Source of the DNA: Candidatus Pacebacteria bacterium UBA1364
GTDB taxonomy: Bacteria > Patescibacteriota > Microgenomatia > UBA1400 > PJMF01
Assembly (NCBI GenBank): GCA_002306345.1
Contig: DBRQ01000002.1
Coordinates: 69,141 to 103,409 of the forward strand
Direction: 5' to 3'
DNA: 34,269 nt
Part shown: in pieces, positions 28,502-34,269 of the stretch
Position numbering within the stretch: the first letter of the stretch is position 1
How the letters are laid out: every line of letters begins with the position of its first letter
Notes under the pieces: generated by a model
Seen by the model: the letters and a program-made list of their open reading frames with translations, nothing else
What the model was told of the DNA's origin: nothing
The model's database searches: none
Position numbers and translations under genes: made by a program

Positions 28502-28660
28502 ATTTCTACTCTTTAACATGAGGCCATTAAAAACGCTGAATGAAAACATAAATAAGTATCGATGTTTCTAAACAGTGACTTTACTAGGCAAGAAGAAAAT
28601 TATCAACTTAAATTAGCCAACAATTTCCTTCAAGCAAGTCTCATGTTAAAGAGTAGAAAT
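28502..28660. repeat. Perfect 21-bp inverted repeat around a 117-bp spacer
   Basis: ATTTCTACTCTTTAACATGAG (28502-28522) and CTCATGTTAAAGAGTAGAAAT (28640-28660). Confidence 0.9.
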
Positions 28661-29109
28661 TAGTCCTTCAATTTTTTAATTTCTGCTTCAAAGTCTGCTA
28701 ATTCGCCGAAATCTCGGTAAACACTGGCAAAAAGAAGATAAGAAAGTGGGTCGAGTTTTTTCAAACGATTTAATACCAAATTACCAATTTCCCAACTTTT
28801 CACTTCAATCACTTCCCTTTGACGCAATTTTGCCTCTACATCCTCAATCAGTAATTCAATTTGCAACATACTGACTGGTCGTTTCCAAGTAGCTTTGACC
28901 AGACCTCGTTTAATTTTCTCTCGATCAAAAATCTCCTGACTGCCATCTTTCTTAATTACTTTCAAATCGACGCCCTCAACTCTTTCGTAAGTCGTAAAGC
29001 GTTTCTTGCAACCTTCGCACACTCGCCTTCGTCTCACACTATCCCCATTCTCCGTCTCTCGTGAATCAATAACTGCCGTTTCGCTGCCTTTACAAAATGG
29101 ACACTGCAT
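28660..29109 (-). CDS. nrdR: Transcriptional repressor NrdR
   Basis: MQCPFC, VIDSR, RRRRVCEGCKKRFTTYE, ATP cone, FASVYR. Confidence 0.97.
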   Translation of the reverse strand: MQCPFCKGSETAVIDSRETENGDSVRRRRVCEGCKKRFTTYERVEGVDLKVIKKDGSQEIFDREKIKRGLVKATWKRPVSMLQIELLIEDVEAKLRQREVIEVKSWEIGNLVLNRLKKLDPLSYLLFASVYRDFGELADFEAEIKKLKD

Positions 29110-29117
29110 AGCACATA

Positions 29118-29165
29118 ATCCTATCTATAGTGTTTCACCATCTATTTAATCACAAAATCTTGTGG
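29118..29165. promoter_or_regulatory. Tandem NrdR boxes
   Basis: Minus strand ACACTATAGATAGGAT (29118-29133) and CCACAAGATTTTGTGA (29150-29165), 32 bp apart. Confidence 0.8.
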
Positions 29166-29248
29166 TTATCTAAAGTGAGGACTAAAAGAATCTCATGTTT
29201 GAGGGGCACTTGTCAACTATAACAATAGATATCAATCAACTGCCAAAT

Positions 29249-29812
29249 TCATTGGACTAGTTTTCGCAACTTTTCTGCTAAAGAAGAACTCTGCAAACAT
29301 AACGATTCTAGAACTACTTTTTCTTCATTATTAAATTGATCTCTCTGCTCCACAATAAAATCCATTTGCTCATCAAAATTCTCCAAAATCAGAAAAGCCA
29401 GGGTTTGATTTTCGAGGTTGCTGCGATTACTTTGTTTTTCAAAGAAAAAAATATTTTCTTCCATAGCTTGATTGAGATATTTAAGGGCTTTACTCAAGGT
29501 AGTAAAAGCTAAAGTCTTGTTCCCTTTTTCCAGTAGTTTGCGACTGTAAAAAAATCGCCGTTGACTATAGGAGACAAGTAAATAAGTTCTCTTTTCTGAA
29601 TCTGCTAATTCCAAACGCACCCGGTCAAAAACCATTAATAATGGATATAAGGAATGATCAGGTAAAATTTCTTTGGTCACGTAAAATTTACTGGCAAGCA
29701 AATTAGTTTTACCGATTAATTCACTGCTGTTGGCGGATTGTAATGAAATAAATAAAACCAAGACAGCGAAACCAATAGCTAGTAATGAAAATAAGTAATT
29801 CGCTTTTTTCAT
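29249..29812 (-). CDS. DUF5667-like exported protein
   Basis: N-terminal hydrophobic segment; ILPDHSLYPL...DRVRL motif. Confidence 0.7.
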   Translation of the reverse strand: MKKANYLFSLLAIGFAVLVLFISLQSANSSELIGKTNLLASKFYVTKEILPDHSLYPLLMVFDRVRLELADSEKRTYLLVSYSQRRFFYSRKLLEKGNKTLAFTTLSKALKYLNQAMEENIFFFEKQSNRSNLENQTLAFLILENFDEQMDFIVEQRDQFNNEEKVVLESLCLQSSSLAEKLRKLVQ

Positions 29813-29819
29813 AAAGAAA

Positions 29820-30500
29820 TCAAAAATGAAGCAAAAGCACCATGCCCCAAATTGCCTGAACTAAAACAAGCACGTAAGCATTACGCCTTTTGTAAAAAAG
29901 TAATGCTTGACCACAAGCAAAGGCAAAAATTAACAAAATTTGCAGAAAAACTTCTGTAGAGGTAAAACGGTTAAAAATGTTCGGCAAGTGAAAAAGTAAA
30001 TAAATTATCGCCACTAGATTGATTTTTTTTAAAAGAGAAAAATGCTGAAATTTTTCATCAATGACCACCATTACAAAACTGTAAAAGAATAAAGTTTCCC
30101 AAAAACCGGTTAAAAGAGCCAAAAACATTTCTTGCCAAAACCAGTCTGTAAAATAGTAAGGCACTAAACTCACCTGACCACCACGACCTAGCGTCCCAAT
30201 TAAAACTCCTATAAAACCAAAAATACCGCCAAAAGCTAAACCCAACAACAAGCCTGATTTAATTTTTTTCAAAGAAAAAGTAGCCAAAATTTCCTTACTA
30301 CCAGAAATAGAAACATATATTAAAACTGGTAAGGCAAAAAAGACTAATTTACCAATGCTTTCGTCAAATAAAACCGAAAAATGAAAAATCCTTCTATAAA
30401 GTAACCATAAAAAAAAAGTTAAAAATAGAATCGGCAGAAAAACTTCATGTTTATTTAAGTCAATTTTCTTTTTGTTTTGGCTATTTTTTTTTGATGGCAT
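29820..30500 (-). CDS. CPBP (CAAX/Rce1-like) intramembrane protease family, degenerate motifs
   Basis: Multi-TM; GFWETLFFYSF, YLLFHLP; canonical EExxxR and final His are not conserved. Confidence 0.65.
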   Translation of the reverse strand: MPSKKNSQNKKKIDLNKHEVFLPILFLTFFLWLLYRRIFHFSVLFDESIGKLVFFALPVLIYVSISGSKEILATFSLKKIKSGLLLGLAFGGIFGFIGVLIGTLGRGGQVSLVPYYFTDWFWQEMFLALLTGFWETLFFYSFVMVVIDEKFQHFSLLKKINLVAIIYLLFHLPNIFNRFTSTEVFLQILLIFAFACGQALLFYKRRNAYVLVLVQAIWGMVLLLHF

Positions 30501-31101
30501 CTAAAACTAACTGTAAAGTTTTTTCTTTACTATTAGAGAAAGTATCAATAACTAAATCGTAAAGCTCTCGGCGCCAAAAATCAATTGGTTCAGTTTCTTG
30601 TAATTTGCCTGTTTTTACTACCCATTCTTGCCATTCATTGGCGTACATGCGTCGCCACTTTAACAAATTACCTTGATAACGATTGTAAATACTGGCTTTA
30701 GCTGATGAAACATCAACATTGTCACGATTAACAATGCGGTCAATTCTGACAGCATCATCGCTGCAAGTCATTAAAACTTTTAGTGTTCCCGGCACATTTT
30801 GCGCCATAAAACCAGATAACCAAGATTCAATAATCCATTTTTCTTGATTTGCCACTTTTTCTCGTATACCGTAATCCACTTGGCGATCAAAGTCATCACT
30901 ATAAACCGTGGCACTGTGATGAGCGGCTTGACTTGAATCAAACAAACCTTTTTCAATAGCGTAAGCGCGCATAAATTCTCCACCAGAAAAACCTATCCAG
31001 CCGTCTGCTTTTAGTTTTTCTTTAAGTTCTGTTAGAAGAGTAGTGGAACCACAACCCGGCAATCCAGAAATAGTGATGTTTTTATAATTAAATTGCTGCA
31101 T
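30481..31101 (-). CDS. Cytidylate kinase, archaeal-type family
   Basis: ITISGLPGCGSTT, SGGEFMR, DRQVD, IIESWLSG, YDLVIDT. Confidence 0.8.
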   Translation of the reverse strand: MQQFNYKNITISGLPGCGSTTLLTELKEKLKADGWIGFSGGEFMRAYAIEKGLFDSSQAAHHSATVYSDDFDRQVDYGIREKVANQEKWIIESWLSGFMAQNVPGTLKVLMTCSDDAVRIDRIVNRDNVDVSSAKASIYNRYQGNLLKWRRMYANEWQEWVVKTGKLQETEPIDFWRRELYDLVIDTFSNSKEKTLQLVLDAIKKK

Positions 31102-31129
31102 TACTATCCTTTATTAACTAACTATTTTT

Positions 31130-31639
31130 TTACGCAGTTTTAGGTACTTTATTAATCTCTGAATTAATGTCTAATTGTTTAGCTACGATTTGTATTGCCT
31201 GTTTCATCATGAAAATACGTGCCAATGCTTCGTTAAAACTAAGAAATTGTTGTGCATTGGCAAAATAGTGAAAAACGCGATTGCGACAATGTAACCAAGT
31301 GTCCCATAGTTGGCGGGCTGTTTCGTTGCCAAATTTTTTAGCGACATTGTCATACAGCCAATCTTCGTCTCTTTGTTCAGGACGAATGTCTGGATTTAAT
31401 GCTCGACCAATGCGAAAATGCCGACCCTCATAAGTGTCTTTGTTAATCAGCTGTAAATCAAAAAAAACCTTTTTTAAAAAACCCTCGTAAGCTTTGGCCA
31501 TAGGAAAAACCATGAATGAATAATCTTTCAGGTTAGATAGTTCATCTCTCTTATTTGCAAGAGACAAACTAACCAGCACCAATTCTTGTTGATAAACATC
31601 TAAATACTTCAACCATTCAACATTTTCTTGAGTTTCCAT
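31130..31639 (-). CDS. RNase LS (RnlA)-like HEPN domain protein
   Basis: DYSFMVFPMAKAYEGFLKK and Rx4H motif RNRVFH; ATG 31639 is 7 nt after TATAAT. Confidence 0.65.
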   Translation of the reverse strand: METQENVEWLKYLDVYQQELVLVSLSLANKRDELSNLKDYSFMVFPMAKAYEGFLKKVFFDLQLINKDTYEGRHFRIGRALNPDIRPEQRDEDWLYDNVAKKFGNETARQLWDTWLHCRNRVFHYFANAQQFLSFNEALARIFMMKQAIQIVAKQLDINSEINKVPKTA

Positions 31640-31701
31640 GTCAGTAATTATAATCGGATTGACAAGAAACAAAAATACCCTGATTTTAAGATTGAGGTAT
31701 A

Positions 31702-34086
31702 ATGGCTGCTATGAATCCCTTTCGCATGACACAGCGCAAAAAAGCCAAGCAAAGGCAGGCTGCGACTTCTTTTTGGGGCAAACTTGTACGAAGGATTAAA
31801 ACTGATAAATTATTGCAAATCGCCCTAGTTTTAATTGCCGTGGCTTTTTTAGCGATTTTTGTTTATTTATATAAGCAATTACCTTCACCGAATAATTTAA
31901 CTTCTAATGAAAATTTTCCAGTCAGTACGCAAATTTTTGACCGCAATGGGCAGTTGCTCTATGAAATTTATGGTAACGAAAATCGCATTCCCATTAAAAT
32001 TGCTGATTTACCAGACTATGTTATTCAGGCTACGATTGCTATAGAAGACAAAAGTTTTTATTCTCATCATGGATTAGATTTACGAGGATTATTGCGCGCT
32101 GGTTTTAACAATTTTAGTGGTGGTGATATTCAAGGTGGTTCCACTATCACCCAACAATTAGTCAAAAATGCTTTGCTTAGTAAAGAAAAAACTTTGAAAC
32201 GCAAAATCAAAGAGGCCGTCTTGGCCATCATGACTGAAGTTCTTTATAGCAAAGATGAGATTTTAGAAATGTATCTCAATTACATTTCTTATGGCGGTAC
32301 CGCTGTTGGCATTGAAGCGGCTGCTAATAAATACTTTGATAAATCAGCCAAAGATTTAACTTTAGCTGAGGCAACGCTTTTGGCTGGCTTACCACAATCG
32401 CCCACGACCTATTCGCCTTTTGGCTCTAATCCAGAAAAAGGGAAAGCTCGACAAAAAGAAGTCCTGCGCCGTATGGTAGAAGATCAATATATTAGCAGTA
32501 TTGAAGCAGCTGCAGCAGAAAGTGAAGTTTTAACTTTTGCGATTAATCAGAATGACATCAAGGCGCCGCATTTTGTATTTTATATCAAAGACTTACTTTA
32601 TGAAAAATATGGCGAAACAATGGTCGAAACTGGTGGACTGAGAGTTAAAACTACTTTGGATTTAGACCTACAAGAAACCGCCCAGGCTTCTCTGTCCAGT
32701 GAATTGTCCAAATTGGCTAGTTTAAAAGTGAGCAACGGAGCGGCATTAGTCGTCAAACCGAACACTGGTGAAATTTTAGTCATGATAGGTAGTAAAAATT
32801 ATTTTGATAGTGAGATTGATGGCCAAGTCAATGTCGTCCTGTCTTTAAGACAACCAGGCTCTTCCATTAAACCTCTAATGTATGCTACGGCCTTTAGCGA
32901 AAAAACTCTTAACCCTGGTTCAATACTGTTGGATGTGCCAACTTGTTTTCGCGTAGCTGGCCAAAAAGACTATTGTCCAAAAAACTATACCGGTGGTTAC
33001 TCTGGTCCCGTCACCGTACGTCAGGCGTTGGGTAATTCACTCAATATTCCAGCAGTTAAAGCCTTGGCCACCATTGGGGTGGAAAAATTTATTAATCAAG
33101 CAAAAGCTATGGGCATAAATACTTGGACTAATCCAGCTAATTATGGTTTATCTCTCACTCTAGGCGGAGGTGACGTTAAAATGATTGAATTGGCTGAAGC
33201 CTTTGGTGTACTGGCCAATCAAGGCGTAAGAGTACCACTAACTGGTATTCTAGAAATTAGTAATTATAAGGGTGAAATTTTAGAAAAATATGACCCAGAA
33301 ACTACCAAAGCAGATCTTAAATACCTCAATGATAATGAACTGATATCAGAACGCAATCAACTCAAAAGAGTAATGGAAAGAGCGCCTGCCTATTTGACGA
33401 GCCACATTTTGCAAGACAATAATGCCCGCCAGTCGGCTTTTGGAAGTAATTCAGAACTGGTCATTAAAGACAAAATCGTTTCTGCTAAAACTGGCACCAC
33501 TAACGAATTAAAAGACAATTGGACAGTTGGTTACACGCCGGAATATTTAACCATTGTTTGGGTTGGTAACAATAATAGCAAATCCATGAGTTATTTAGCT
33601 TCAGGTATCACTGGCGCCGCCCCCATTTGGCACGATATTATGCAATATATTTTGCAAGATGAAGAAACTATTTGGCCAGAAAAACCCAGTGACGTCAAAG
33701 TAGGCAATGTGTGTTCAACTGGCATGCCCGCCAAAAATGGTCTAGGAGAAATAATCATAGCTAGTGGCGATAACGAAAATCGCATTAGTACAGTTAATGC
33801 CGAAACCGATCCGATTGCTAGTTGTAATTACAGGGGTCAAGAATTGTATTGGGAGAGTTCTAAACCAACTTATTCCGGCACTTTTAGTAAAGAATACTGG
33901 ATTAGAGCTGCTACTGGCTTACCACCAACAGAAGGCGAAGAAGCTACTGACTTGCAATTGGAGACACATGTGTTTTACTACGATCCCTTAACCAAGCTTT
34001 ATTGTGGGGACTGCACCAGGCCGGTTGATGAACAAGGCAAAACTATTTACGAACAAAATATCATTGATGTCAAAAACATTCTTTAG
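31702..34086 (+). CDS. Class A penicillin-binding protein (PBP1A family), second paralog
   Basis: EDKSFYSH, GGSTITQQL, SSIK, SLN, KTG; true start may be ATG 31711. Confidence 0.95.
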   Translation: MAAMNPFRMTQRKKAKQRQAATSFWGKLVRRIKTDKLLQIALVLIAVAFLAIFVYLYKQLPSPNNLTSNENFPVSTQIFDRNGQLLYEIYGNENRIPIKIADLPDYVIQATIAIEDKSFYSHHGLDLRGLLRAGFNNFSGGDIQGGSTITQQLVKNALLSKEKTLKRKIKEAVLAIMTEVLYSKDEILEMYLNYISYGGTAVGIEAAANKYFDKSAKDLTLAEATLLAGLPQSPTTYSPFGSNPEKGKARQKEVLRRMVEDQYISSIEAAAAESEVLTFAINQNDIKAPHFVFYIKDLLYEKYGETMVETGGLRVKTTLDLDLQETAQASLSSELSKLASLKVSNGAALVVKPNTGEILVMIGSKNYFDSEIDGQVNVVLSLRQPGSSIKPLMYATAFSEKTLNPGSILLDVPTCFRVAGQKDYCPKNYTGGYSGPVTVRQALGNSLNIPAVKALATIGVEKFINQAKAMGINTWTNPANYGLSLTLGGGDVKMIELAEAFGVLANQGVRVPLTGILEISNYKGEILEKYDPETTKADLKYLNDNELISERNQLKRVMERAPAYLTSHILQDNNARQSAFGSNSELVIKDKIVSAKTGTTNELKDNWTVGYTPEYLTIVWVGNNNSKSMSYLASGITGAAPIWHDIMQYILQDEETIWPEKPSDVKVGNVCSTGMPAKNGLGEIIIASGDNENRISTVNAETDPIASCNYRGQELYWESSKPTYSGTFSKEYWIRAATGLPPTEGEEATDLQLETHVFYYDPLTKLYCGDCTRPVDEQGKTIYEQNIIDVKNIL

Positions 34087-34269
34087 CGTTTTTTTATTTT
34101 TATTGTTGATCTTTGCCTCGTTGGTTTCTATTAACGTTTTTTACGACGCCCCACTTTTTTCTTCAATTAACAATAATAGTCGTTTGCGCTATCTGAAAGA
34201 ATTAATTATTCCTAAAAAGGATCACAAAATTATTTATGGTTTTTTACCATATTGGAATGTAGATGATTT
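34067..34269 (+). CDS. Probable glycoside hydrolase family 18 protein, 5' part only
   Basis: Hand translation MSKTFFSVFLFLLLIFASLV...KIIYGFLPYWNVDD; open to the window end. Confidence 0.6.
   Translation, partial: MSKTFFSVFLFLLLIFASLVSINVFYDAPLFSSINNNSRLRYLKELIIPKKDHKIIYGFLPYWNVDD

Noticed and set aside
28476-28659. Cobalamin riboswitch upstream of nrdJ
   Set aside because: No B12-box or GGGAA core visible; the region is AT-rich
28651-28661. AATTTCTACT on the minus strand, like the Cas12a repeat stem
   Set aside because: No GTAGAT partner, no array, no cas genes

Overview
AT-rich bacterial chromosome segment, standard genetic code. The gene set and style (stand-alone 5'-3' exonuclease, TsaC-TsaE fusion, DUF5667-like protein, two class A PBPs, many apparently leaderless genes) suggest Patescibacteria/CPR, probably Microgenomates; this is inference. 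Housekeeping genes include a GT4 glycosyltransferase, ftsH, an Xer-type recombinase, groES-groEL (with a CIRCE-like operator), tsaC-E/tsaD, smpB, two CMP kinase types, nrdR-nrdJ (with tandem NrdR boxes) and two tRNA-Met genes. The main accessory feature is a 7,640-bp element (6667-14317) bounded by an 11-bp direct repeat TTTGTTGCGGA and inserted at the 3' end of an initiator-type tRNA-Met. Its large serine recombinase has the attachment site inside its own 3' end, so excision would replace the last residue with a 38-aa tail encoded at the far end of the element. The element also encodes a terminase-small-subunit-like protein, a replication-initiator-like protein, surface proteins and a DUF5677-like protein, but no capsid or large terminase, so it resembles a phage satellite. 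It carries several structured non-coding regions, two of which are complementary to each other. Other oddities are a 7-Cys insertion in GroES, a hairpin between the groEL SD and start codon, a perfect 21-bp inverted repeat upstream of nrdJ, AT-hook-like motifs on a PBP, and two pseudogenes beside the tRNA locus.
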